From NCBI RefSeq assembly GCF_964355755.1, contig NC_092670.1, positions 25,158,795-25,222,794 of the forward strand: 64,000 bases of DNA. Reading direction: 5' to 3'. The notes below the pieces were generated by a model, which was not told where the DNA came from, made no database searches, and saw only the letters and a list, made by a program, of their open reading frames with translations. Origin of the DNA: Antedon mediterranea (lineage: Eukaryota > Animalia > Echinodermata). A program made the position numbers and the translations under genes. Numbering within the stretch: position 1 is the stretch's first letter; every line of letters starts with the position of its first letter. Of the stretch, positions 38,401-53,400 are shown piece by piece.

Positions 38401-41400
38401 TGATTGAAGATCAAATAACAATTATTTTCTGTTGCAGCTATAATAACAGGTTAAATGGCATTCTAACACACAATTGATTGGGTTAGCCATTTTTTAGGCT
38501 GCCATTTAACCGATTTAATTGAAAATTTGTGGTTTTTTAGAGCAGAAATGGGACCTTAATTCATAATTCAGAAATAATATTGCCAGTTACATAACGTTTT
38601 TTTTTATTAAGTGCACATCATCAACCAAACACAATGCATTGCATTTTTGCAAATTATTTGATTATCCCTAGATCTAATCGTTTTAATCTTGTTAGTAACC
38701 TAGCAACACCATTAATGATATGATAATATAATTAATATAATTTAATTTGTTTCCATCATAATGTTCACCTAATTCTTAAAGGAAATAGATGGAAAACTGT
38801 TTCTGAATGTAAAGATTATTTTAATTGATTAAATGTACAAAAGTAACATTATTAAATATTAGTAAATTTTTTTTGCAAAACACATTGTACTGTAGGCTAT
38901 GCTAAGAAAAAACGAAAAACACAATATTATTATTATACAAATAATGAATGTTTATGAGTTGGATAATGAGAATATTTCATGAGTTGAAAAATTGACTGCT
39001 CTATTTTGAAAGGCAAAGCTGAGTTGAAAATAGAGTAGTCAATTGAAATATTCTCTCCATTCAATGAATACAAAACATTCATTATTTGTTTTATAACACA
39101 CCTACTTTTATTCAGTTACAGTATATTCACCATAAATCATTGACAAATGGTATGCCGGGGAATCTAGTAAATTACATAGAATACTATGGAACGCCGTTTA
39201 CGCAACATTTCGATGATATGAATTTTATGACGCGATATGTGAATGAAATGCATTGATATGAATTGAATGGCGCGATATATGAATGAAATGTTTTGAATGT
39301 CACATTTCATTCAAAACATTGCATTCAAAACAATTTATTCAAAACATTTCATTCAAAACATTCAATAAAGCATTCAATTCAAAACATTTCATTCATATAT
39401 CGCACCATTTAATTCATATCGATGCATTTAATTCACATATCGCGTCATAGAATTCATATCATCGAAATGTTGCGTAAACGGCGTTCCATAGAATACACAT
39501 AAATGTGATTGTACATTTTTTGTACAACACAAGTTATTCGTTTTTTAAATCAATTGGAAAAACATACATTCAATTTGCTGTGTTATCAGGTCTAGACTTA
39601 CTTGATAGTTTGATTGTTATAATTTAGGAGTTTACAACTATCAAGGGACTCATAAGCAAGTACACAAATGTCATACTGTGTGTATGCTCAAATGTTTACC
39701 AGTATTTAATGTCAACAAACCATGTTATTTAGTAGAAAAGGTGCACTGTAAAAAATATGTTTAGGTAAATATATTTATAATTTTAAATTTTAAAGTTTTC
39801 AGAAGGAAATGATAATATAATATTTATTTGGCATTTAATTTAAATATAATCTTGCCAGGAGTTTGACATATGTACTGTATATACCAAACCGATAGAACTG
39901 CTCATACTCCAACATAACAAAACATGGATATTAAAATAACAAATCATTTAAGAAGATGTACAAACAATACAAATTATAAGAACTAAATGAAATATAAATT
40001 GAATATAACACAAGACTTTCCATCCCGCCTTTTCATTAATGAGAATAGGTTGGCCTCTTTAACATTTTAATAGTCCTCTACTTATTCACCTTTTTACTAA
40101 TTATAATTTACTATTTTACTGTTCATATTGTTATTTTAATCATTAATGATACACTGATGTTAAATATGTACTGTTAATAATAGTGTTTTTTACTTTATAC
40201 TATATTTTTTAGTCCTTTACTCAACAGCAACTTCATTTCTTGTATTTTTACAAAATCAATAAAGTTTCTGTTTTAAAAGTACAATCCATGGGATATTGAA
40301 TTATACATAAATATACAAATTCTTATTTGATAATTAATTACCTAATTATCTATTTTATGCTTTTCAGTTGTTTCTGCATCTGAAGTATCACTACTTAGGG
40401 AGCAGTTACGTAATCTTAGCACAGAACTTCTATCTTTGAAACAGACACTTCAAGTTGATGCAACTCCAAGATGTCCAATCACTCATGTACACCAAAGTCA
40501 AGGTAAGTTTCAAATTTACCATTCTGAAAATGCAGGGGTTGTGTTGAACCCACAAATTTGAAAACGCCCACAAATGTGAAAACAACCACAAATGTGAAAA
40601 CGTATCAACCAAAAATGTGAAAACAACCAGAAATGTGAAAACGTATCAACCACAAATGTGAAAACAACCACAAATGTGAAAACAACCACAAATGTGAAAA
40701 CAACCACAAATGTGAAAACAACCACAAATGTGAAAATGCATCACCCACAAATGTAAAAACAACCACAAATGTGAAAACAGCGCCCACAAATTTGAAAACA
40801 GCGCCCAAAAATTTGAAAAAAAAGAGAGACCTTTTCGGCCACAAATGTAAAAAAAAATCCAAATCAAATTTATTGCTAGGCCCAAACAATTTTGATCGAG
40901 TTAATGTTAATGTATTTATATACATTGTATTGAGTTGTTTCAATAATTGTGTGTTCACGATACGTCTGTTAGAGTCGTCGTCGTTAACGCGTTGGATTTG
41001 CTGCTTGTGCGCGATATTTGCATGTTAACTCGTTGATTTAATGTACGTATAGTTCAAGACGATATATGTTATTTGCTGCGCGAATGCACGATACTTCAAG
41101 CTCAAGGCCATGTTATATCATTGTTGCTTGTAGTTGTTAACTCGTTGGCTTACTATTATATACGTATAGTTCCAAGTCGGAAAAAAACATCGAACATCGA
41201 CTTGGAACAATACATACATAATCGTAAGCCAACAACCACACACTACAAGCAACAATGATATAACATGACCTTGATCTTGAAGTATCGTGCACATGCGTGC
41301 AGCAAATCACAAATATCGTCTTAAACTATTCATTCATTCATCTTTTATTTCGGAAAAAAAAGTAATTCTCCATAGCTCAAACAAAGTTTCTACATTATTA

Positions 41401-44400
41401 TAAATATAAAAGAAACAAATATATATATATATATATTTGGAATTAATGTTCGTTGCCTGATTTGTTTATATATATATATATATATATAGATATATAAAAA
41501 AAAAACATACGCCACAAACTCACGTGGTTAAAACAATAGCTTCATCCATCTACCATGTAGATTGGATGAAGGAAGACTAAATTCATGAATACATTTTGTG
41601 ACAATATTGCCTGTCCTCCCCAACCTGCTAAACATTGTAGTTCGTAGAACAAGCAGATGTGGTTTTCTACAAACATGGTGCTGGCACTGCATGATCTATG
41701 TTTATTAATAGGCGTAAGGCATTGTTGAAGCAGCACACCGCAAGTGCTTCCATAGATTTTACATTAAAATTTGATTTGATTTTTTTGTTTACATTTATGG
41801 GCGAAAAGTTCTTTCTTTTTTTCAAATTTGTGGGCGCTGGGTGTTTTCACATTTGTGGGCGCTGGGTGTTTTCACATTTGTGGGCGATAGTCGTTTCCAC
41901 ATTTGTGGGTGGTGCGTTTTCACATTTGTGGTTGTTTTCACATTTGTAGACGTTTTCACATTTGTGGGTGATGCGTTTTCACATTTGTAGGAGTTTTCAC
42001 ATTTGTGGGTGATGTGTTTTCACATTTGTGGGCGTTTTCACATTTGTGGGTTCAACAGGGTACTGTATGTGATTGATTATATCTGTTACAGTACTGTTTT
42101 GCAAATGAAATTGTCGTTTTCAACTTAATAATTAAACATTTTAATGTTGCTTCCATTGTGATTATCTACAGCAATTCTACGTGGGTGATATGAAATAATG
42201 CATAATTGCACTGGATTATTAATCTCATCTTCTTCCTTATCAATTCTTTTGATAAAATGTCCATCACTACCGAATAGTTGTAGTTTGTGTCTACTTGATA
42301 CAATGATGTTATCATCCTCATCAACTACAACTCCTTGTGGCCCTATCACCATACCATCTTCTCTACCTTTATTGATAAGTACTTTTAATGACTTGTCTTC
42401 ATTATCATATAATACAATTTGATCTTTTTCAAAATCTGCTACAACCAATTTCCCAGTTTGTGTAAGTGTTATATCCTGGTATACATATTCTACAACTTCT
42501 TGTGCAGTGGTGGCGCCAGGATTTCCCCGACGGGGGGGCCGAATTCCCCGACGGGGGGGCCGAATTCCCCCACGGGGGCCGTACGCGCGAAAGCGGGGGT
42601 GGGTTTGGGAGGGTTTGGGAGGGGGTATTCCCCCTCCCGAGTCTCAGAAAATTTTGAAAAAATAGATGCATACACACTGTTTAATAGGCTAGAGCAACTG
42701 TTTCCATTACATTTAATAACAATGTCACATAATAATGTAAATTTAAATAAATCTTTCCTAAATACTCTAATACGGACGACGAACTAATAATAAACTTTGA
42801 TCCGAAAATGCCTCGATAGTGCATGTGTTTAGTGTACGACTGTGCTTTGGTGGTCTGTTAACCTCAGATATATACCCTATAGCCGGGTGAATAACTCAAT
42901 GTAATTTAGTACCGTATACAATGATGATTGCCGTAATCGCCGTGTCTATAACACAAATCAATAAAATGCCGTTTTTTCGGCCGTGTAGGCCTACATAGAA
43001 CAAGACATTTCATGTTTATGTTATGCCTATAAAATAATAATAAAAGAACATGTTTATCGTTTTTTTTATCGTTTATACTGCATACCATTATATAAAAAAA
43101 CCTTCATACGCAAGAAAAAAGTTCACTATATTACACTCTACTCTGTACAGGGGTGTAAATATACAGGTCCACGCTAACGCTTGCACACGGACCAGGGCGG
43201 AAAATGGTGTATTTTTGGAGAGTGATGACGTCAGCATTCACACGAGGAGCGAGCTAAGACAACGTGATGCTGGTAGTGGGAGTGCATGTGTTTTAAAAAT
43301 AACTCAGTTGTGGGTATTTTCCGAAGATTTTAAATTGCGTTTTCTTTTTAAACTCTTGAATTCATAAATAGTTCTTTCACTATGTAGGCCTATTTACACA
43401 ACTATAGCTCTAGCCTACTCTTCTTAATTAAAAGAGTCAAGTGCGTCGAATCCGGTTGGTGCATCTTTTTTTTTCCTAGACACCCTATTCACCCACCTAC
43501 CCTAGATCGAGATTTATGCGCGAAAAGAAACGTGACCAGACCCTGTTTTATGGTTCGGGCCAACCGCTTCCTTTTCCCAATCGAACCCCCACCCAAACGC
43601 CTTTAATCGACAGCGAACATATATACGCGGTACACCAAGGGTAATTGGTAAATTGAAACAATTCGTAAACTCAACCGTGAGAACATAACTCGTACCTTTA
43701 TCCCTGTATGAACGTACGTCGATGCGTAGTTGCAAATGAATTTTCGATTTTCGCCTGGAATCTGAAAAATACACATTTTGGTCCCTGGATGTAATATGAT
43801 ACAGCCCAGATATGTCGACGCGTATACCGCAGTGAGCCATGAAAGATTCGTACAAAGAGACACCGCCAGACAAATGCGTACCACGTCATACTGTTTACTT
43901 CGCTGTCAGTATATCGTACGTACGTCAAAAATGGAATGCCACAGTTACTTAAAATATATAGTAGTACACTTAATATGGTTTTATTTTTTACCAGAAAAGA
44001 AATGATCATATTTTTCTCCCCGACAAATATGGCCAATACTCCCCGACGGGGGGGCCAGCTTTCCCCGACGGGGGGGCCCTGGCCCCCCCGGCCCCCCCGC
44101 TGGCGCCACCACTGTTCTTGTGATCCTATCTTTATCAGCTCCTTAACACTATTGATGTCAAACATGAACACACATTCAATGTTATATTCTGCTACATAAA
44201 TCTATGTGAATTCCACGTGGGTCTTTCATTTCAATACACCCTTACCAATGGATTTGATCACATGACCATTCATATCACATAATTGAATGCAGTCATCATC
44301 ACTGAATGCTATGTTGTTCATTTTGTGCATTCTGTAAACTCTCACACCTGGTAGTGTAATCTTGCTTTTATGCATTATCCTGATTGTTTGTACTTGTGAA

Positions 44401-47400
44401 TTTCATTTGTGTAAAATGAAATCAGCAAGCAATCAACATCACACTTAGATATTCCTCTGGGTTTTTTATCTACAGTACTTCAAAACCATTTACCAGTCCG
44501 TTCTTCTCTATCTTGATAGTAAGTGGCGATTGTTTGATGGGTTTGTCATTGAAATACACATTTAATGTACAAATTCCTGGATTGTCACATACTTTTCTCA
44601 TAACATACTCATTATTATCTTCTTCAAAAAGACCATTAGTGGTTTCTCCTGTTGGTTGTGTCCATGTTGCTTTCAGTTGCTTGAACCAACTTTATGTGGT
44701 ATGTTAATTCTGGCAAAAATTGGTTGACCTTGGATCACACATTGAGGACCTTTTAAAATCAGATCATCAGCTGTAATGGGGGTAACATATCCAATATTGC
44801 ATTGCTCCAATACACCAATTGTGTGTATGTTCGCAATAAAGTTAATTTGTTCATTGTCCTTTTGTTAATGTGATCCTTCAGTGTATTCAATGCAATCTCA
44901 CTTGACATCATAGCAGTTGCTGGTTCACTCTTTAGTGACTGATTAAGGAAATTCACATCGGTATTTAAATCTGAAGTGATTGTTCTTAACTCATTGAGTT
45001 GAATATAATTTATTTCTTTTTCTTTTTTGTATTTTTCTTCCACTTTCATCTTCAGTTTGTCTGTTTTTTCCTGCAGTATTTTTACCATTTCTTTAAACTG
45101 CTCACTGATACTTTTCAAACTTGTATTTTTACTTTCTTCTAATTTCATGGCATTTTCGGTTACTACTTTGATTCTATCTTCCAGTTTGCCTAGGCGTTCA
45201 TTGGCAGTGGTTTCCAATTTGTGAGGCGTTTTTTTAAATATTTGGAATGCTGAGACAATGTCGGTTGGTTCATGGTCTGCTCCCTTTACGTGGTCCAATA
45301 TTGCACATTGCATGCAAATTGGTACTTTACATTTTGTACAATACTGTACAACTCCAGTGGTTTTTTATTAGTGGAACATGATAGTGGATGTAAAGTTTGT
45401 GAAGTTTCTCTGACTTCTGGCTAATTATGTTATCAATTAAAGAGTGTCAAATGTTATTACAGTATATTTACAGTTGGTGCTACTTTAAATAATAACAAAT
45501 ATAGAAATGGATTTAGCTGAGCAAACGTCTTGCCTTGTCCTACCCTCTTCCCATCCCTTTTTAAAGTGAAAATAAAAGAAGCATTGCCAGAACAGGAGTT
45601 TCCTTACCTAATATGAAGAAGTATAAATGTCTTTGTTGGTAAATCTCTGTCCCTCTTCTTTAGTGACTCTTGATAGGTGCTGACGTGGCTGTTACCAAAT
45701 AAAAAGTAAGTTTTTTAGTCATGAGATCATTGTTTGATCAGACATTGAATTAAACATTAATAATTTTATGTTATCAAGCATTTTGTATTTGCTTTTTAAA
45801 ATGTTTTATATTCACTTTGATACAATGACAAAGCAATTGTTTAACTTTGTTATTACCTATTATTATAATCTCAAGTGTACTTTATCCAATATTGTTGGGA
45901 TGGGGACGGGGGTATTGGAGAGTGGGGGAGGGGGGAAGGGAAGTGGGGTTAGATTTGGGGACATCTCCGTAATTATAATTTTATAAGCAACCCAAATATA
46001 CCAAGTAAACCTAGTATTTCAGGTTGTGTCTTGTTTTCAAAGCAATGCATTAAACTGTAATTACACTGAACCTAACATCCCATATAATGATCAAGGTGGT
46101 AATTCTTGTAACAAATATACACTGTGTCATATATGACTCAATTTATATGAAGTTAGTATACAAAAGCAAGTCAGAAAAACAAATAAAAGCTTCTCCATAA
46201 ACAAAAGCTTAAATCATACCAATAACTGCCGGCATAGATATTTGTCACTTTAGCAGAAAAGGAGATCTTTTAGTTCGCATGGGTGACATAATACTAATAG
46301 CTTTGAATTGCTTCATTGATTCTATGCACATACATTCACACACTGTCTCTCTTGCCATTTGGTGTAACAAGTTGTCTGGTTGATATGGATTTATGGTGGA
46401 TCTTTGTTGATTAAGTTTAAAGAAATAAATAATTTATACATTTACAGTAAAAGGACTTGTCACTGACAAGAGTATTGTACTAATAGATAATGCTTAAGTA
46501 ACTTTGATCTGCTAAGTAACTTTAGTCAGCCTATCCAAAGGAAAAAAGTATCTTTTAAAGCCCTTTTAGCACAAAATTGTAACATTACCCAGGACCATGG
46601 GTATTTGACTATAATTGTTCTCACTTGAATTATTCATGGTTACTCACTGTAGTTTTAGCAGCGACATTGGATTTTAAATAGCATGGTTTTTCCTGAGATC
46701 ATGGTTAAGTTCTAATGGGTAGGCAGTAGTTGTTAAAATTAACAGGAGTGGTTCATTAAATCCCTTCTGTAGATGTAGCCAGTTTTCAGGGTTTGTTGGT
46801 CAATTTAGCTGACAAGTTAATTTCCAGTGCAATCATGAATCCTTATACAAATAAAGGACACCTACAAGTATTGAAGAAAGTGTTCATTATTCTTTACTCA
46901 ATGGTTCATTTAATACCATGGTGTCTGTCTCTGACTGATGGGGATTAGCTAGTCAATTTATTTTAGGCCATCTTTAAGGAGTATGTTTACTTATTTTACA
47001 TGAAATAATAATATTTATATAATAGTAAATGCACTGTAGAAGTATATTTTTCTCTTGTACTGTGTAACATTACATTATTTTGTAAATTAGAACTTAGAAG
47101 TTACTATAATAATAGACCATAATGTTTTCACACTAAATTCTGGCCTTCAAAAAACAGTATTTTCTCTGAGTTAATTATCTTTAATGATGTCATAACAGCT
47201 GATTTCTTGCATTAGCATGTTCCTTCTTTGTCATCCAAACAATTCTTCCACATAATATTTATACCATGTTTACAGTCGTTGTAATGGTTTTCCTCTGTAT
47301 TGTTTTGGCTTTAAAGGGATTAGATGACTAACAATCTCAGTTAAGAAGTCAAATTAATGATGTATTGTGTATTCAATCTGTGTAACTGAGAACCTTTAAA

Positions 47401-50400
47401 TATCAATAGGAACATCTCAGTTCTGCTGACCAACATCTGCACATGGATTATCATATTAACCATGGAGAAATAACTTATTTCTCCATGTATTAACAGACTA
47501 ATAAAATAATATTTATTCGCTAGCACCAATTTGAATCCCTCTCCACAGATGCACAGCAACCACATAGTCAATCCCTAATAGTCTTTCCAATAGCATAGCG
47601 TTCTATTTTTGGCAAATACTACACACAACTCCAATGTAAGTCCTTTACTGTTGTCTTGCTTTATATTTAATCTTCTTGCTTTAAATGTGTTGGTCATATG
47701 GTGTTATATTGTGAAAACAAAGATTATTGATTATAAAGTAAGTTGAATTAGTTTAGATTTTCGGAATAATTTCTAACAGTATATTTCCGTCCTTACTTTA
47801 AATTTGGATTTGGTTTTCATCCGGTGTTATTGTTATTGTAAATCTTACAATTCAATTATTACGAGTCGCGTGGATAACAAACTTTTAATGTGTTTTTAAC
47901 TAATAATAAAAGAAACACTTCATGGATCGATGCTTTTTAATTGGTTTGGAAAATGATCATGAAAAAATTGAACAAGATTAAACCTAGATATTGGTGAATT
48001 ATGAAAGTTTTTGTTTGATTGCTAAAGCGTCTTTCATTTTATTGTATGTTAGGTGATTTAAAGGTTGAAAGCATGGACTGTAATTGTATGTTTGTTTAGG
48101 TAAGAATTTTGATGCCCAGTGCTTACATTGTACTTTGGATAGGCATAAAGTTGTACATGTACAAAAGAGTAGGACATTGCCAGGCCTCTCCGTATTCTGA
48201 TCACAATAGGAGCTACTCTCCTCTCTGGCTGCCATTCGAGTCTGAAGTACAACATCCAGGATACTGCAAAAAATCTATACCATAACATGTTTTTGTAAAC
48301 ATTAAGATTTAATTATACAGGTAGAACAACATTTTTTTATTTTAATTCAAGATTTTCAGAGTAGGTACAAATATTCCAAATTAAAATTGTCCTACAAAGA
48401 ATAACTTGTTTTCTATGTGGTCTTGTTGTGGATAGGTTAATCCAACTAAATATTTGTACATAGTTCTTTTATTGTGTGTACACATACGTTGACAGATTAA
48501 CGTGGTGTTTAGGACAATCAATATACTGTTATATGTTGTATGGGACGTTTTGTTTACAGAAGAAACGTTTCAGTGTTTATAATGTCGTTAATGTATGCAG
48601 TTAAGTTTTAACAATTTGTTTTTCTTGAATTCTTTAAAAAGAGTGAGAAAAAACAATATTTCTGGAAAGCAAAAAATATTCAGAAATCTAAAAATAAATA
48701 AAAAAATATTTGTATTTGTTATATTTTCAGTTTGCCTTTTCTGATCGTTGATGTTCAATAGAACTTGGTTAGGTACACGGAAGTATTACATATCTCTTAG
48801 CTTTTCAGTAAAATTGAATTCAAGCTGAATACTAAGCATTTTAATTGAATGAAAACATTTATTATAATTCGGCTATTATTATAAGAAAGTTGATAAAAAC
48901 TAAGCAAAATAAACCCTATGAGAATATTAAAAATATTACTATATTTACAAAAAATAATACAGGTATAAGAATAAAGTGGTTTAAAGAGGTATATTATAAT
49001 TTATAAATACTGTCTAAATTAATTGTTTATTATATATTGTAATATCACAGAAATGTTTTGTTGTTTGGCTTAATACAAGAACAATACTTTATTAAAGTAA
49101 AACATATAAAAAAATATATTAAAAATGTTAGTATAGTACCATATAAATAAAGAGACTATAAGAGTAGGCCTGTAATATAAATTGAAATATAAATGATTTA
49201 TTGGAAAATACACAAAGAGCAATTATTAATTTGCTGTTAAGAGCTACATTGTACTTGTAGTGCAGTACGTGTTTGTCAACATCTGATATAGAAGTGTATT
49301 GTGCACACACTTAACATTTCATCTGAAGGACAACAAAGTACATAGTACTAATTCTGTTAAGTGTTGACTTATTGTGTTTATGTCCCATTCCAATCAATTT
49401 AAGTTCAGTATTATCTGAATATGGTGTTAAAATTACTAAGTTAATTGACAATGCTATAAGGAAAAATTGAATAGAGCAGCTCAACAAATAAGACTGTTTC
49501 ATATCTCTATTTAACAATCAAATATAGCCTAAAGCTACAGATGTGAATGCTATGATAGGCATTGCATTTCAAACTACAATATTAGTCACATTTTATAAGT
49601 GACACACACACAAACACGCTTTTGCTCTATAAGTATTTATAACTGACGGTTGTAATCGGTAGCCTGCTGTTAAATAAATATTGGAGATTGTGAATTTTAA
49701 AGAATAGAAATATTTAAGGTATAGTAACCATGTTTGTAGGCCTATTTATAGAATTTCTAAATGTGCCATTGTAATTTGTTTGAATGTATTTAAAATTGTT
49801 CAAAATAAAGTATGTATTTGTAGTACAGTAGGTAAATAAAATAAGAGAGAAAGAGATTTTACTTTTTTAATCAATTATTCTTGTGAATTTAAACAAAATT
49901 GTAGGCCTACAGAACAGTATGATGGATTTTAAACTAGAGTGAGCTGAGGGTCTAAAAATTGTGAAATGTTGAACTTAATCTATCATTTGCATTGTAATGT
50001 CCGGTTGTTGTCCTCCCCCAAGCCTTGGATCCGCCTAATGTATGTGTAGTTATTAATGATACTGTTTTACTTATGGTCAGAGTCTATAATGGACATTAGT
50101 AGAATAAATATTGACCATCTGAATCAGAACAGGTCAATGTTGAATATCATTTACATAAATAAAGTCTTTCTAGCTAGCTCACAGCCATGTCTTTTGTAGT
50201 CTACGGTAAAGTCAAAAGACTGTAGCAGGCCAAATTTATGAGACTAGAATTGTGAAGACCTAATTAATTGGTGCTTTTGTTTGTATTAACCACCTGCCAG
50301 TAAACTGTAAATAATGAAGGCTTAATTGGTCAGTTTTATAAGAAATAAAGCAGCTCATGTTATTATACATAATTCTGTGCATGCATTTAACGCAAAAGGA

Positions 50401-53400
50401 AAAAAACCAGTTGGAGTGTGTAAATACATTCCTACATTACATAAACGCAGGTCTATGTTCTAGACTGTTTCAACTTAAAATTAGTTAAAAGATATTTTGG
50501 CACATGGTGTTTAAACGTACAGTATAATACTTGAGCCTAACAAAAATTTAAATACCAACTGCTGGACTAAGATAAAAAAGACAGTAAATACAGACTTAAA
50601 TCTTATATCATTTTTAACTGTATAAAACATGAAATTTATTGGATGTAGAAAAATGCAGATAAAATCTAGAATTTAGAAACAAGACTAGGAAATGCCACTA
50701 TATTAGTGTCCATATTTAAAAAAAAACAATTTATACACTTTTTTTGTCTGGATTTATCCTTTAACAGCATTACCTTGAATCCACTGAGTAGTGTAAGCTG
50801 AATATTCAACTATATTGTATAGACAATTTAGTAACAGATATTAATCTACAGTAATTGTGAAACTATTTGGAACCAGCTTAATTATCCAACCAAATTTTCT
50901 GCTGTAGTCATGACTACCGGCTGAATCAACAAGATCGCTTACGAGTTTACGAAGGTGATGCCATTTATTTTGACACCTTTATGAAATCTTTTTTGTCTAC
51001 CCTCAGGCACAGGTTCCCTTGTGAATTCTTTTCAGTTTCAAATCTCTTCTACTGGGAGTTAAAAGCGTTTGATAAATTGTATATAAAATTTCAGAATGCA
51101 GCTCAAATAGATATTAGCTATCTGAAAAATCTTTAAACGTTTTAAATGTTTATACTTTAGAGCTAAGTAAATACTTAATCTTGATAGACATCCGGTGGCG
51201 TTTACTATGAGATAATCATCTTTGGCTTATTCGGTTTCGATTTCATTCCGTTTAAGATTTTAATTTGAGACTGAAACTCTTTTCACAATGCTTGTAAGAT
51301 TTTATCATCGTGGTAAGTATTCAAGTTCAAATGGTGGCCACTGCTACTTTTGTTATAGTTTTTTCTCTATTGTATTATATTGTTATACCTTGTATAGACT
51401 GTAACTGTATATTGTATGTATTATTATATATTTGCTGTGAACAGCTGAGTATATAGAATTATCCAAAACAGGAAGAAATGTTATTTTTCAAGCTAACCTA
51501 CAATTGTATAGTAAGTCATAATAACTGAAAAGTCAAAAATCAATTAAAAGAATGTTTATTTTATAAAGCTTCTTAATATTTAGTATTTCCTTATATTGAT
51601 TTGCACTTATTTAACTATTAATTATATATGTTTATGTTTATGTATTTTTCTACATTTATTTGCTATTGAATCATCCCTCTCTCTGTTTTGCAATGTGAAT
51701 ATCAATGTTGAAAATATCTTAATTTTATCTTCTAGAAAAAGGCTATGAATCCGACACAGAAACCATGTCTTCGTCCGAGCTGAGCGATTCTTGCACATCA
51801 TGCCCAAGTTGCCAAATAAACAGGACAGAAAACAAAAAGATGGAAAGAAAACGAGGACGAAAAGACAGTAGAAAACGACAATCACAGAAACAACCCCCTC
51901 TAGTGAATGATCTTAGTCACATGACCTTACCTCTGACGGAAGATGCTGTCTTGAATATCTTACATGAAAGATGGATAGGTGGCTCATGTATGGTAAGGTT
52001 TACATTATGCTAATGAGAATTTATGAATGTTTACTGAGAACTCTTTAGTGTATCCATATATTTTGGCAGCCATAATATATGACAAATTTTTCTATGCACT
52101 TAATAGTATTATTAAATGAATTCAATATTAAGGGAAGCCTTCGGGACCCAACAAAATGTCTCTTTGATATGGGTCTCCCCCTGCTGAATATGAGCAAACT
52201 GTCCCCTTATTATTCATTGCTTCTACTATATACTTTTTAAATATTATAAAAAAATTTAATTTGACAGACAAAAATTGGATCAATCGCTCTAAGCTTGAAC
52301 CCATACAGCGGCCCAGCTCTACATGAAGTCTTACAAGAAAAGCCTACATCTTGTACTGTAGGTTCAATGGTTGACAGTATTGCAGAAAAGGTTCTGAATC
52401 AATTTGTTGAAACTAATACTTCTCAAAGTATCATCTTCAGGTAAGAAATCTTATTAAATCAATTACAGTGTTCACTGAAGCATATCAACATCTGGAATAA
52501 TCAATGCTTTGCTATGATTACTTTTGCACACTTTAAAATAGTATTGACATTTTTAATAAATCTAAACTGCTAAAAGTAATAAACATTCACAATATAAAAA
52601 ATGCTAAATATGCACCAATTTTGTTAATAATTTATTAAAATTAAATGCCAACAGAGTTTTACTGTTTTTTTTGTTTGTTTTTTCCCCCAGTTTCACTAGC
52701 ATTCATATAAACTCATAGAATTGTTTTTTATTGTTTTGATAGTGGTGATAGTGGTAGTGGAAAAACGCACACAGCTCTTGCAACTTTAAGACAACTGTTT
52801 CGATTGGCTGGTGGCGGAACAGAAACTGATTCATTTAAGGTATGTATTGTAATATTCACCACATACCACCATCTTTCAACATTAATTAATTTTGTGCTTT
52901 TTACATTTTCTGTTGATTGTTCAGCGCTTAGAGGTGCCCTGCATTAGTGCGCTAATAATTTGAACATTATTATTATTATTATTGTTATTATCTACTACCA
53001 AATTCACAAATTCCCAGTGGAATCATATTCCATCCGTATTTTGACAGTTAATAACTTTTATACAATAATTGTCTCTTTTGATATAGCATCTAACTGCAGG
53101 ATTCACCGTTCTTCGCTCTCTCAGTACAGCTAAAACAAAACACAATTCCAACTCTAGTCGAATGGTAAGCATCTAATCAAAAGTTCACAAGCATTAATAG
53201 GTGGACAGAAATGATACTGTAAACATATGTTTGTTTAATTTAAAAGTGGTGTGCACTAAATAGTGTAGGGAAGTAATGTCCCAAAATTTCTATACTGTCA
53301 TTTCTCATTAATACTGTAATTTGTACATGCCGAGAATGTTAAAGAGTCGCTATCCAATTGAGTTTGAACAATACCATGAAAGCCCCAGTGGTCTAATGGT

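Noticed and set aside
40542-42057. Arrays of 18-21 bp units as a CRISPR array; the overlapping ORFs (also 20-229) as genes
   Set aside because: No unique spacers and no cas genes; the ORFs are translations of transposon arms.
42419-44199. Cluster of GC-rich overlapping ORFs
   Set aside because: They derive from hAT subterminal repeats; no transposase motifs seen.
13919-45400. Death receptor, lectin GPCR and TRIM as a coordinated immune cluster
   Set aside because: These families are large in invertebrates; adjacency alone is no evidence of a shared system.
45677-45705. Possible extra Dachs micro-exon (AG..GTAAGT)
   Set aside because: In-frame TAA in the required phase.
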